64,000 bases of DNA from Balanoglossus misakiensis (Eukaryota; Animalia; Hemichordata): assembly GCA_040954595.2 (NCBI GenBank), contig CM082580.2:3586783-3650782 (forward strand), given 5' to 3'. The translations under genes were made by a program, and so were the position numbers. The notes below the pieces were generated by a model. The model was not told where the DNA came from. It worked only from the letters and a program-made list of their open reading frames with translations, and searched no databases. The first letter of the stretch is position 1, and every line of letters begins with the position of its first letter. This document shows positions 23,855-63,362 of this stretch, piece after piece.

Positions 23855-26800
23855 ATGTTCTACTTATTAACATTGATTGTATTCCGTGGGTTACATCAAT
23901 AAATACGGACGTAATTAATGATTTGTCATTGATATGTTTCTGTGGTGATCCGCAATTAGAACAATTAGAGAGGGCACCAAATCTCAATTAACATTTGTCT
24001 AAAGTTAAAATTGTCTAAATTGTCTCTTCCCTACAGCAGTGTGTGTCGGCAGCACAAATCTCTCTGCTTCTAACACCAGTCTTGACTCGACCATAATTCC
24101 AACTTTGGAACCGCGGTCAAATTTGACAACGCAACGCATCAGCACATCCCGAACACCGACGCTTTCACTGGTGACGTCCGAAGACAATTCGACAGCTGGT
24201 AACGAAACAGACTTGAACACCACCGAAGCGACAACCACAGCATATACCACTGAAGTCACCACTGCACTGAACACCTCGTCTACGACACATACAAAGTCCC
24301 AACCTGCTACTACCCTTGCTGCAGTATCCACGTCCATCTCAACGACAATCGGCGATGACAATTGTACAAACACCACTTGTCCCGCGGGAGAATTTGACTG
24401 CCCTTTAACTTGCCTGTGCATCTCGGAGGACAGAATCTGTGATGGAGTCGAAGACTGTCTGGACGGTTCAGACGAATTCAAGTGTAAGTATCTGTGAAGT
24501 TCAACTATGAAATGTATTCATTAGACTGTGATCAGTAGCCATATGCCTTGATGATGAATACAAAACTATGAATTACACATTATATTGTTATGACTCCGGG
24601 AGTTAGTCGCTTCCAGTAGATAATTAAATTACACTATCTTGAGTTTAACATTGTAAAAATATGTAAACGACTCCGTAGAGTTGAATAATCACATTATGTA
24701 CTTTTTCACTCTAAGTTTCTTGTTAGCCACTTTAACAATTTGGTGAAAATGTGAATGTCACGAGATAATACGGATCCTATTTTGCCAGAAATAATGAGAC
24801 ACATTTCAAAATGGACGTAGAGTTGCCTTCAATATTGATGAACGCATGCGATGATGTATTGGAGGTGGTTTTAGGTACAGGTAATATTCAAAACGTATCT
24901 CTAAATTCCTTACATTTCGTTATTAAGGTAATATTTCCAGTACAATTATAGCACCCTCAACGATACCATACTGCAACAATGCAACCGAATACTTCTGTGA
25001 GGAAGATGGTTTTTGTATCAACATAACACAAGTGGATAATGGCGTCATCGACTGTCCAGCGGACTGCGCCGATGAAATGAACTACACCAATAATTGTCGT
25101 GAGTATAAACAGACATTTTGCGTCTTAAAAGTCAAGGTTTCCTCGCCCTACCACAGACAACTAAAGGGATACCTGTGTCACATCAGTTTCAATCAACCCA
25201 TTCTTGGCTGTAGGCCGATCTAGTAGTCATTCTATTCTCTCCGTATCACTTTCAAATTCTATTGGCAACAGATCCGATATCTGCCAATTGCTCCCGACAA
25301 TTGGTGCTACCGATTACCAACGTCCAAATATTGCGGCATTTTATATAAATTATAACCCAGTTGTCATTGGCGCGTTTGGTCGGCGCCATGTTAGTGATTA
25401 AACCACAGTGATATATAAACTGTGATTATGTGTCTGCTGTTCTCTGTTCTAATCATCTTCGCCCGCCAAGGTCTTGCTCTCCGAAGAGACTGTGGTCTAG
25501 CCAATTGACCCGTGCGAACGATGACATTTAGGATCAGGGCTTGTCTACTCAGTAATCGAAACCTCATATGCTCCTCCAACGGGATGGGGGCACAACTGAA
25601 CTCTTTTCCCATTATGATGTACAACAGTTATCAAAGAAATCACCAATCCCAAACACGTCTCCTACATTTTATTTACTCCCTATATAAAAGCTCAAGATTC
25701 TTATATTTTGTATAAAAAACGAGGTTGAAATGCCATATTTGGGGACAGTCATTTGTATTGACCCGCGGGGTGTCAAACCAAATATACTCTACTCAAATGC
25801 GCTTCACCGTTAGGAGTCACGTCACCACGGGGATAAGATGAAGCTACTTCCATAGAGTCAACACACACTCATTGTCTCACTTTTTCAAAGTTTGTCAACT
25901 CATGGAATTCAACATCACGGCCAAAAGTCAGTGTTAATCATATTAGGTCATAGTGTCGATTTTTCAAGATAGTGATGTCCCAGTTCTTGTGTTTAAAAAT
26001 GGACGCACAAGTTGCGATTTTCAGAAGATGCCGTACCCTGAAATTCGTCACGTGACAAAAATATGACTGATGCCATTACATTATATTTCGTGTCGTATCT
26101 TATGAAAAATCCTAACACGAGTACAATTCATACTAGATAGGGTATATGTAATTTTTACACTTTTATTATTTTTAAATCTCTCATGTATTAACAGTCGTCT
26201 GTTGTTTTAATTTTAGCACGGGGAACAGAAGAGACACCCCAGGACAGTAATGATAGTAAGAATACAAATATAAATTTATCCACATGAGAATATGGCTGTC
26301 ATTGAATGTACAGTCCCGCCTGTGCAAAGTCCATCTCTTGCATGATACACGTATCACATATACTAGTCGTGTTTGCGTATATGCACGCGTGGTGTTTTGT
26401 GTACAGGCTTATCAATATATATGAATGTGTGTGTATGGTGTGTATGTGTGAGTACGTGTACGTCTGTGTTTTCATCTTAACATCCCAATAATGAAATTAT
26501 GTGATGTGATGATTTACATTGCAGGTACCAGGATCATTGTCGCTTCTTTCGCCGTGGCCGTGTTACTAATCGTAATTGCTGTCTCCGCCTCCTTAGTATT
26601 CAGCAAGAAACGCAGTGGTGAAGTCAGTAGGTAAGTGACGAACAATATTTAATCCATGACGTCATTACGACGTGCATGCTGTGGTGCGGTTATCTGTGAC
26701 GTGTCAATGCGTGTTTGACTACACTGGCATTTTTAGAACTCGATGCATCGTTGGGTAAAACTGAACCATAATATCCACAGGAACCAGCCACCCAGAAATG

Positions 26801-28434
26801 CGAGGAAAGTCACTATAAAGTGCTGAACATTTGCTCTATTGAATATACAGACACAAAGTTATTACCAACTTTTGACATTGTTACATACATGTAACCAATC
26901 ACCGACGCACATTGAAATCACCAGAAGCTTAAGAATTCAAAGATTTCTACATTACTAGTAATATCGTTAAATTCTTAAAAAAAACATAACACATGGAAGT
27001 GTTGATATAAAATTGTCATAAATGACACCAAAAAGAATGATTACTTCAACATTTGTATTTTGCTAATATCGCCGAAATCAGGTTATGAAAATTCTGTAGG
27101 TTGTCTGAACATACCTTAATATAAAATTCTCCGTCTTATTATTTTCTTTCCATTATTGTCATATTTTCAAAGCAAGAAAAAACATAATCAAGGCACGTAT
27201 CGTGGAATGTAAGGTTCATTTTTCACAGCGGCTATCACACGACAAACCAGATTTCAAATTGAAGTCACTTCTGAATTGGAGAGTACGTTGTCACATGTTG
27301 TCAGTTATCACGTGATCAATGTTCATCTAATAAATGCGATCCTCTTCGTTTTATCATTTACAGTCGTTTCCGGCGGCTTATTGAAGACGACGCGGCAACA
27401 CAAAATACAGAAAGTCCATTATATGCAAATGACCCATTCCCGGCAGAGGTGTGTATTGTGTTTCCGTCCATCATGTCAAAGTTCATAGAAATTTCTCAAC
27501 AACAGAATAATTATAAGTACTTCGCTGCAAGGCTTCTGATATGTAAATAAATCTTATCGTCTGGTCGGCAAACCACTCTCCATGACTACTCGCGTCAGCT
27601 ATAAACTGTCCATTTTTTTCTAAAATGGCGCGTGGAATTGACAAATTTTGCCGTTTGACTAGCTAGGAATAAGTGAAGTTTGCTAGAAGTGCAACCTACC
27701 CATCCTATATAAACTTGAAAAGAATATTATTGATTGGATTAAACACGATTTGTATCATCAAGCGGTTATGTGTATATTTACCCTTTCTCGAAATTTTTAA
27801 GCTTGTGGTTGAAAATAAACTTTCCAGTCCGATTTTCACACGAATATATCCGGAGGGGAAAATCAGAGATAGTCGGCGCTGTCAGAACAGTTAACTGATT
27901 CTCAATGTCACGTGATTTTTCAGCTCTCCATACAATCCGGTGATCTTCCCAGGGTCACGATACTCGATGACGACGACGACTTTGAGGGGCGCGTAAAGTG
28001 GCAGGTAGGATCAATGTCTCAAAACGTAAGAAAAAAACGAAGTCAGTAGGAGTGATAGCCAGTGAACGTTTACAGTCTTGGTCAACTTTTGAAGCTGGGA
28101 AAATCCATTCGTTTATAAAAACGATATTTGAATTTGGCGAAAATTATCACGTAATATGAGAAGTCAGAATGCCGCACTAAGCTAGTTTATAGTGTCAGTG
28201 TATTTCACACTTTGTCGTTCGTGTTTACCGTTTTTGAAGAAATACTAGTTGAATGTAAACTTGGGAATGAAAACACCACGTTAAAGCTATCGTTTGTTAA
28301 ATTTTTAAGTGAGTGAAACTTATTAACTGTCATTTATAACATTCTAACTAAAGAAATCTGTGTTTTCATTTGTTCAGAGAGGTCTCGAAGACTCTGGTGG
28401 AGGGAATTCACGGAAAACTGAATCAGACGCGTGA
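23855..28434 (+). CDS. Type I membrane glycoprotein: signal peptide, Thr/Ser-rich mucin stalk, two LDLa modules, TM, cytoplasmic tail (~338 aa; LDLRAD/CD320-like architecture)
   Basis: Exons 23855-23885 (gaccATG, MFYLLTLIVF), 24037-24483, 24928-25098, 26217-26255, 26525-26630 (TM IIVASFAVAVLLIVIAVSASLVF then SKKR), 27364-27448, 27924-28004, 28378-28434 (TGA). All GT-AG with matching phases; total 1017 nt open. LDLa1 = CPAGEFDCPLTCLCISEDRICDGVEDCLDGSDEFKC. Confidence 0.82.
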
Positions 28435-29137
28435 AGTGGTCACGTGAACCACCTTGTACGTATTACTCCAAAGTCGCTGCCAGCGCAGCAAAAGAAGAGA
28501 CAAAACATGGGCAGTAAATTCCGCGCCTACATTTTTATGACATCATGAACAGTATTTTGTGGAAACCTGGCTGGACCAGCTCCCTACGAACACATTCCCT
28601 TGCAGAGTAACATTTGGTCTGTGTGTGTATAACTTGTAGTCACATCTTGACTCTGACTTCGTTTAGTCGTGTAAATAACACAGCTGTGCATTGACACGAG
28701 TGTTTTTAATTTCTAGCTTCACATATTTTTTGACTTGCTTATGAAGATTACTCTTGGATCTTTAACGTTCTCGATTCTTTCCAAACTGATTATGGGGTGA
28801 CCGCAGCAATGACTTCATATCCCCAGTATGCAATAAAAATGGACCGGTGCAATTATTATTATGTTTGGTTGTCTGCTTACAACAGTTACTGCTTACCGTT
28901 CATTGGTACTGTTCCACGCCCCGTCGTCTGCGTGTATTTTATCTCATGTTATGTAAGAAAAAACGTCGATCGCCGTAGCTATTAGATTGGAACTATGTTT
29001 CATATCAGAGTCTAATCCACACGATATTTACGCAAATGATTTTATGTGCATTCTATCACGTGATTTAGAAGCTCACACCGGGCGTTATTTATGTACAATC
29101 TCGACGATAGGATCACGGGAAACTCGATCTCCAATAA

Positions 29138-29222
29138 TGATGGTGACGATGATGATGATGATAACGATTATATATTAAAACAAATAAAAATAAAAATATA
29201 ATATGTTTTAATTTGTTGTTGT

Positions 29223-29258
<36 letters not shown>

Positions 29259-29383
29259 CGATGACGATGACGATGATGATGATGATGATGACGATGACGA
29301 TGATGATGTTTTTGTTGATAATGTTGTTAGTCATTTTAGTATGTTGCTAGGAGAGAGAGAGCGAGAGAGAGAGAGAAAGAGAG
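29138..29383. repeat. (GAT/GAC)n and (GA)n microsatellites
   Basis: Read directly; lies between the 3' ends of the two convergent central genes. Confidence 0.9.
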
Positions 29384-30165
29384 TAATATATAATATATGC
29401 AAGTGCTCAAACGTGCTGTAAAATGTTGACAAAAACAGGAACTTGATTATAGCGACTCCATAAAACACGTTTATTACAAGGAAAATGATGTTAAAACCTT
29501 TAATTCATACTACAACAATAGAGAGAATATTGTCATGTGAAATTAATTTTAATCGTATGACCAGAAAAGTTTTCATTGAAAATAAGTTTAAGTTTAACAG
29601 GAGAATATATTTGATATGCCATTCTCACGATTATCTATTCCTCCACGATTCGGTCGAATATTTGCTGTTACATAAATATCCCTAAAAATATCGGCACAAG
29701 ATGTGCATAAATATACATTGTGCTCTCCAGCTTGTAAGAGATAAATGTTAGAAATACGCCCTTGCAGCAAACGTCTTGCTAAAGTGTAAAATGCGAAAAG
29801 GGTTTTAAAACGTGTTTTTTTCAGGTCCTGCCTGTTAAATTAAACATAACTTGGTGACTTAAAATAAAAGGTCGACGCTTTTATACATACGTTTTTACAG
29901 GAAAAATCGTTAAAAATACACAAACAAAATATGTTTCATTATAAGATAGGAGTCGCCATGCAAAAATCAATTATCTAGAATGTATTTTAATCTCAATGAC
30001 CAAAAAACGTTGCTTATTTCTATAGTAAATTTTATCGACGGTTTCCGTGAAGAAAACAGTCCAGTATTTTTAAGTTTTGAAAGTGAATGATCCACGAGTA
30101 GATAACCTTGATATAACGTATCACACAATTATAATAAGGAGATTGCCAACTCAATTAACGCATGT

Positions 30166-33100
30166 CTATGAACAGCCACATCGCTGCACCACCATGTTAG
30201 GGATGTCGCCGTGAATGATGGTGCTGTCGTCATCGAAGTAGAGAAGCGACAATCGCGACATCTCGGTCGGGCTGCAGCAACGGTCTATTCCCAGTCGACT
30301 CATGAAGTTGGCGTGACTGTGGTGACTCGTCAACAGGCCTTCGCACTCGCCGGTGCAGTAGTAGGCCTGGTACTGCTTGGGCCTGATGACAAAATCAATG
30401 CCGAGCTCTCTGAAGTTCACGGTCAGGGGATGACGACAGCATCCCCGAAAAGACCCGATATTGGCCGGACAGTCGATCGAAACGGAACGCCGTTTTCTTG
30501 AGTGGCTGTGAGTTCGGATTTCCAGAAACGGTTTCTGCAATTAAATGAATAATTATACAATTATCAGAATTGAAATAATCATACGTATTGAGGTTGGATT
30601 GTATTAACATCGATTTTCCCATCAAGCCGAAAAAACTGTGCATGCCCAAGCATCCTGGGAACCTTAACTTTCGTCTTGAGAAGCATTAGACGGTCGATAT
30701 TTGCCGTTTCACCACCGAAATAAATCATAAAATACCACGAAAGATAGAGATCAGACTGTCGACCCGCCATATCCATGGTCTATGTCGATATAAAGTATCG
30801 ATTCAAAGGCCAAAAGTGTAAACCGGTACCTTAGAATGAGTCTCGTACAAGCGGGGAGTCAATATTGAATGTCCGGCGTGATCAACGGCTTCAACCTCGA
30901 TGCCCCAGTTGGTCCACATGGCCTCAAACCAGTCCTGCACCACTGACGTCAAGTTGAAACTCTGCCATCCGCCAGAGTTCGCGATGACGTCAATCTTACG
31001 AGACTCGATCAGCACCCTCTTCTCTTTATTTCGGTCACGTGACTGCAAACGGAAGACTTTGACAGTGGTGGTTGTGTCCTGTAATACGACTCTTGGCTTG
31101 ACGTACACCCAGAGGCGAGCTGCTGTTATGTCGTTTTCAAGCACGTTCTGGGAGAACTTGAAGAAAAAGCTTTCCGCGGTATGTGAGCTGTGAGGCTTTG
31201 AACTGTAAGGCACTGAAAGAAAGCATAATTATGACATTGTCAATGTTTTCAAGATCGAAATTATCATTTGGAGTGACAGGTATTTGCCCGCGAAAGAAAA
31301 ATGTCTTTACGCGTTTGAATGTGAAAGTACGGAGGGACGGGATTCAGATATCCGCTGTGACGTCAGATTTTATGGCACTATTCGCTAGCAATATTTTCTT
31401 CGCATACTCAGCACGGTTCTGAAGATTTGAAGATTTTTATGGGATCACGTAATCAAGTTAATCTTTGTACTGGATGGTCTTGATTCAGAAAGATTGTCAT
31501 TAGTAACCTTGGCAACCATGGTTAAGGCTTTTGGCTAAAAGCTTTCTTTGAGTGGGAAACCGGAAAGGAAATAGGTACCAGTCGAAACTTTCCTAGAGAG
31601 GTCAAATGTAAACAGGTACAAAGTGTTCACAACAACCGTGGCTTCAGTGCAACAGAGCGTAAGACACCTTACCACACCCACCCCACCCCACCCAACCCCA
31701 CCCCACCCCACCCCACCACATCACATCACACCACACCACAAAGCACCACACCCAAACCAAACCGGGCGGCATAACACAACACAACATAGTGCAACAAAAC
31801 ACAACAAATATTATACAATACAAGTAGTCAAACTATTAATTTAAAATACCTAATTCTACATACTTATTCCACGACAACGTACAATACCTTTATCGTACAG
31901 TAAGATTATTTTAGAACGTTTCACCAATTTGCTTTCCTGTCCTGTTAAATTTGGTGGTGCACCTCAGTGATTAAAACAACAAAACGATAATCATTCGTGT
32001 CTATATCATCTTTAAAAGACTATCGTTTCAAATCATTTTAGCTGACGATATAATCCAGTTACATGTAGATTTATGGATATTAATAGGTCTTTTAGAGAAC
32101 AAATGTTTGGTGGTAATGAACTGAGTCCGCGTGCCTGGCCTAATCTGGAGATTTGCGGTTTGACGAGAGTTGAGGCCAAGAACCCTGGAATCGCAGCGAT
32201 GCAGACTGCATCGGAATTTTGATTGACAGGTTGAGTAAAGAGCCATGTAGTGATAGGCTGGCGACCCCCGCTACAATCATTGTGGGCAAATAGACTCCCT
32301 TCGTGGTTTGGGAATGCAGAACCCCGACGGGCAAAGGATCGCGCCCCGTCACCCTTCCGTGGATAATCACCGTTTTCACTCCATCTGTTGCCAGACAGAC
32401 TTGGTGTAACTCCGATGACATATGACAAACAGTTGCTAACTCAAGCCATCTGATTCAGGTTATTACACCAATTCGGCCTCGGACATCGACCTCGAGCGCT
32501 ACCCAGCTCACGTGACGAGAAGAAGTGACGAAATTTGTGGTAGATGTGAAACGTCAAATTGCACATTTTATATCGCAAATGTACTATGATGCTTTCAGAC
32601 AGGGCTTCCTGTCACAGAATTCATTGTTACCCGAGAATTTTTCCGAGAACGTCTTCTTGGATTGGGAACCTAGCTAAATTTGATAAAATGTTTTAATTTA
32701 AAAGTATCCAGGTTTACTTTTTTCATGACTCTTGAAAACAAATAATAATATTTGCTATTAATGACCTCCGGCCCGTATTGCAAACAAAAAACATAAATGT
32801 AAGTAGGTCATAATTGTCCTGAGAAATCAAACTGAACAACGTCTATGTTTGTGACCTTATACATCGTATCTTGAGTTCAGTCTATCTACTTAATAAAGAA
32901 TGCACTTAAAATAGGCAGACTACAGGAAATGCCCTGACAGGGTACGATCACCTCCTGGGGTATGTGAAATGAGTTTGATTTCAGGGCCGAATTTCACACG
33001 TTTTATATACAATTTCATTAATCTCATACAATTAATTCTAAATGTGCACATTTCTTTTAAGAAATTTTGCAAAAAAGTAATTATTTTAAATCCATTATAG

Positions 33101-34075
33101 AAAAATGTAGCTGACATGTTTATAAGTTCTTACGAGACGGTAAATATTATGTGCAATTTCAATTAATACTCATCTAATCAATGTGTAATTTTAATTAATA
33201 CTAGTATATTTGATCAATGTGTATTACAGATGATTGACATCTAATTATAAGCACTGGGCATTTGAAATGTGTCGAATTAAAAAAAAAGTTTAATTATTTC
33301 ACATTATTTGGCGAATTATCTCTGGCCCATCTGAGTGAACATAGAAGATATCTCTACCCTGCATGTAAAATGTAAAACACATTTATTTTGATTTTTAGCT
33401 ACAAGATCATTCTTAAACCCTTCAATGATGTTCTTAATAGGGAATGCAAATTAAGTATCATATAACCTTTGGAAGCAAACATTTGGTTAACTCAATTAAA
33501 ATGTGTAAAACCTGTAACTTATATAATTGATGAATGTATTAGTCTCCTGCAAGAAAGAATCTATGAAGGGTATGCTTACTTTTCTTGGCGAAGACGATAA
33601 TTCTTTTGGCAGTGACGAAATAATTTCGGTCATATTTTTCACTTTCGCTTCCTGCTTGGTCGTGCTGTTTGCCAGAATCCTCAGTGAAGATGTCGAAATC
33701 GTCGTGAAGTTCATGGTCAAGCAGGTGATGCACGAGTTGGAGGCTGGGACCGCGACTACCGTTAACTGTCGGCGCATGCTTCATTCCCAGCCGCTCCATA
33801 ATCTCGCGTTTTATGAAAGCCAGTCGCAAGTTTCTGGCTTCGTCTGAGTCACAGTTGGGGCATGTTGTTGTCTGGTTGGCTTGCGGCAACGGTGTGCTGT
33901 AGGTTGTCTCTGCAACGTCGTCGTCACCTGAAACGTGTGACTTGGTCGGTCTCCATCCTTCGTCTTCGCTCCCGACGGATTCTTCCGATTCGATATCCGC
34001 TCGCTCCGAACACACCGACGAGAAGGCGAGAAAGATGCAAATAATTCCAGCAGCGGTACGCATATTGACGTACAT
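30166..34075 (-). CDS. GDF8/11: Myostatin/GDF11 (GDF8/11)-like TGF-beta family ligand precursor (~415 aa)
   Basis: Exons 34075-33580, 31212-30830, 30534-30166 (intron phases 1 and 0; 3-exon layout as in MSTN/GDF11). Signal peptide, prodomain CPNC...LRLAFIKREIMERLGMKHAP, RKRR furin site, 9-Cys mature domain DC..CCRHPLTVNF..YCTGEC..CCSPTEMS..IPNMVVQRCGCS that aligns by eye to myostatin. Confidence 0.92.
31670..31810. repeat. Degenerate (CCCCA/CACAA)n pentanucleotide repeat in GDF8/11 intron 1
   Basis: Read directly. Confidence 0.8.
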
Positions 34076-34188
34076 TGCTTTAAAACACTGATCGAAGTAA
34101 ACGTTACGCAGCGGTAACCATCAGCTCAGCAGCGCAGCGACGTATATCGCTCACATCAAACTGGATGTTGACGCTTTTCAGGACCCCG

Positions 34189-34196
34189 TTTATATA
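34189..34196 (-). promoter_or_regulatory. TATA box of the GDF8/11-like gene
   Basis: TATATAAA on the - strand ~115 bp upstream of the ATG, with an Inr-like CCAGTT about 30 bp downstream of it. Confidence 0.6.
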
Positions 34197-37100
34197 GCGG
34201 CGGACACAAGAATAGGTTGACCTCTGATCCTATCAGTGATGGAAAACATCAAACGCAGTTTGACTGTTTCAGCACTTTATATTGGAATAAATTCCTCGCT
34301 GCAGGCGAAGAGAATTTGTCCTCCCTCAGACAAGAATTCCATGTGTTAGGTCCAAGTGGAGGTACCACGCTTCCCATGCCCTGCATTATATTAAATTTCA
34401 ACGCCCGGTACACAGGTTACTGCTAATCTGCAGAACCGCAAAATATGATCCAAGACGTAATTTTCACAAGGCGCCACAGAAGCAGCGACAGAACTGTATC
34501 GGGGAAACATCTTAGTTAAAAGCGGCAAATGTCAACTCATGCTTTTGCTGAAGAGTTTACGTACTGCTTCCTTCGAAATAGCAAGAAGCGTTTTTCGGTA
34601 GTGTAATAAAATAGGGGCAGGCTACGTGGATATGGATAATGCAGTAATGTGGCTCAGGCTAACAAACACGTCAACATCACATGCAGGCCCAAGTTTAATT
34701 TTGTTGTTTGGGATAACATAAACATAGATCGCGTGAGGCCTCAATGATTGACTTATTCCCGATGGATAAACAGGAGAGAACCGGATACGAAATTCACCCG
34801 TGGAGTCACGTAATGTTATTTTAACACATATGAGGACGATTTCATTTATTGAGCAGAAAACGAAACATACCAAAGAGAAAGTTCGTGTTTTTCATCATTT
34901 TCACTTTGTACCTGATTAGAATAGTTAACACGAGAAAAGTTGTTAATAAAATAATTCATACGATGGAAATGTTGAAAAGTCTAGGCCAAACTGGCCTGTA
35001 TATGACTAAGTCAACAAACTCCTTTTTTCTAACCATCAGTGAAATATGCTGATGAATTTTTTTCTCATTTCAATTTGGAAACTGCCAATTAATGGTGTCC
35101 TGAAATTCCTAAAATTGACAATTGTTCAAAGTCCACATGCAAGGAATATACCCAAAGTCCACTTGAATTTATAACACACAGGAAACACATTTGATCGCTA
35201 AGGTACAGATTACAAAAGTGTTGTTTACCACTTCAAAGTCACTGCGAATTCATCTAAATAAGTATCGATGACCAATATGTTATCGGGGGAAACTTTTGAC
35301 CAATCTACGAGCAGGGTTTGTAAAATGCGCAGACGCACCGCAGCCTAAATATCCAACGTAAACATGGACTGCGCATGTGTGAAAGATCTGAGGTATTCTA
35401 TAAGTAAATCAGAGACAAAGGCTGACGTGTCCAAAGGATTGATTCTGCATTGTGGGTAAAACTGTGGCTCAGTGATCATATATGGAGGCGATACATCTGT
35501 GAAATAATAAAAGAAGAGATTTTCAAGGGTGAGAATCTTGTCACGGGGAAGATGACTCGCTCTGTTTTTCTCGAGGTACCCGGGTTCTTTTCCTTACCTC
35601 TCAGTATTTTGAGAAGCTTCAAATCTGGTCACATACATCTATTTGAAAATACCAAGCCTATAAGAACACGTGCCCACACGTGGGGCCCGTCTATGCTACG
35701 TCTATTGCTACGTCTACTGATTTGACGCACAATCTTATGGAGGTACATGGATGTAATTTTTCGATTTTTTAAAAATGTAGATTTTAAATTTGGAGAAATT
35801 TCGTGTGATCAGACGTTTTTCTCACATATCAGGTAATATGCTTTTATTAGAGTGGTATTGTAAATCAATGTGTTAATGTGGTTGCCTCACTTCTTTTTCG
35901 CGTAGTTGCAAGTAGAGTTTTCTAGAAAGGATAAACAACAACAACAGCAACAACAAAAATAACAAAAATAATAACAGTAAAAACTACCCAGGGTGTGACG
36001 CTGAGTACACACCTCTTCGCAGGCGGTATATATATTTACTTGACTGTGTGCACGTAAATTTGAAAGGTTGAAAGGTCTCCGTTGTCACAAGTATCTCCAA
36101 ACAGTACCTTTTCAAATATAGCTTGTGCCGCTACAAGAGCGACGCACATATGCGCAGATGGCCTACATCACGTAATAACACGTAATGCCCGACGGGAACG
36201 AGATACCAGACTAGACTGCGATGATTGACACATGATGACTATTTGTTCATAATTGACTGTATTCTGACCAATTACTAACACAGTAATCCATTTCCCACTC
36301 AGCTGAGTGCTTCAATTGGAAGTGCATCAGCGGTGTTGACGATAATGCGACTGTGGTTACTTCCCACGGAGTTTGCCTTGAGGTTTATATTGAAAGCAGA
36401 CTTATCATAATTCGAGACCGAGTGAACTCGCTGTATGACCGGATCTGGTTGCACACAGCCTCTTCGAAAATAACGTGAAAGAATGCACGTTTGGGACTCT
36501 ATTTGTTTCCCACTGGCGATTAGACACGCCAGAGACACACGTACGCTATTAGGGACTTCAACAGGGGCGATTTGCTTATCTCTGAGCAAACGTTTACTCG
36601 GATCAAAATAGAAAATGAAAACGGGCATCGCAATGTATGACGTCAGTAATTGTGATATCACAACGCAGATTTCTTAGAGCACACAAATATATAGGAAAAT
36701 TACCCTCGTGAAAAGTCCTAAAGCTAGCATGACACTTTAAACAAATCAATAAAATGGGAAAATACCATTTGGAGTGATTTGCCCAAGTACATGTAGTCTT
36801 CCTGCCATAACCTCCCCCCCCCCCCCCCCCGAATACCTGGGCGTTTTCGATCAACCGCTCTCTGAATAACAAAATCTTACATCCGGCGCACGCGGAGTTA
36901 TCACATAAGTCTGTTCTGCCTTTAGTCCAAAAGACAAACATCGTGTGTAGGGCATTTTGTGTAAGGAATGCACGACATGTTGTTATATTGCGCAAACGGT
37001 ACGTTTTGGGGCCTACAATTTATTAGATTTTAAGTTCGAAGAGTCTATAAGTCTTGCTTAGTACAAAGAATGACTGTTTGCATCTCAGTAATGACACAAT

Positions 37101-37963
37101 CAACGTCCTTTCTCAAGAAGCGTAGCGACCGTTCATTCAAACATTTTGTGTTGAATGACCTAACGACATGTTCAAGTTGTTGCAGCAAGAAACTGCTTTT
37201 CTGGTTTCACCAACCTGTAACTTCGGTGCATTATCGTTGAGGGCGTGAAATTAAAATAATCACAACCAGTAAATGTTATGTCAATACTGGTGATATGTCT
37301 ATATTTCCCGTAAATGCGTTCTATAATTGATAGCCAAAGGTGTATGACACCAGGTAGCAAGGGGTAAATATGTATTATTTGAACTGAAAAGTTCAATGAT
37401 AATATTCTTATTAATTACGCATAGGGCAGATAGCCGTGCTTAACGATGGTTTGTGCTGACATATGTTTACCAAACGATGCCACCTTCAAATGATTCGTGT
37501 AAAGGTAAAATACAATTTTTTTTTAAATTCAGGGTGATAAATATAGCCTAGATAGATAAATCAATGACAGAATAAAGTCAAATCAAATTTATAGGAAAAG
37601 GACTTTAATTCTCATCAGAAACGTTAAAAAATACATTTATGATTCAAAACGCAACGCTAATTATTTTTTTTCCAAAGCTCTTAAAACAGTTTCCAATCCA
37701 GGGTGCAATGTAGGGGATAGATTAATCCGAAATAATTTAATTGCGTACTATGACTTTTACAAGACTATATGAAAGTTATTGGAATGTATGCATATGGTAT
37801 AAATTCTACGAAAGTTCGGATTTTCTGGAATATTTATATTATGTTCTGAGACGCGTCTAATAGACAGGTTTCGCATACGTGAATTGATTCCGTATAATAT
37901 GAAAATTTGTCGACTTTAAATCTGCTGTTTATGTTTAGCTGCTATGCAACAATATTTGAGTAG

Positions 37964-63154
<25,191 letters not shown>

Positions 63155-63362
63155 CTGTCAATATCATGAACAAATGAAACGAATCACTTTAATATTAATA
63201 TTAAAATGAAATTGTTCCTGAGAGTGTAATGTGTAGGGTTACGTAATCTATATAGGCCATAAGAAGTAAAACCGAAAATACTGTATCCTGTATCAAAACA
63301 GTAGACAATGGATAAACCGTACAGACTGTGGAGTCAAAATATAGCTGTCGATAGACAAATCC

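Noticed and set aside
32030-32520. GC-richer segment with overlapping ORFs in GDF8/11 intron 1
   Set aside because: The gene model is complete without it and I recognised no motif; a possible enhancer or repeat, but unsupported.
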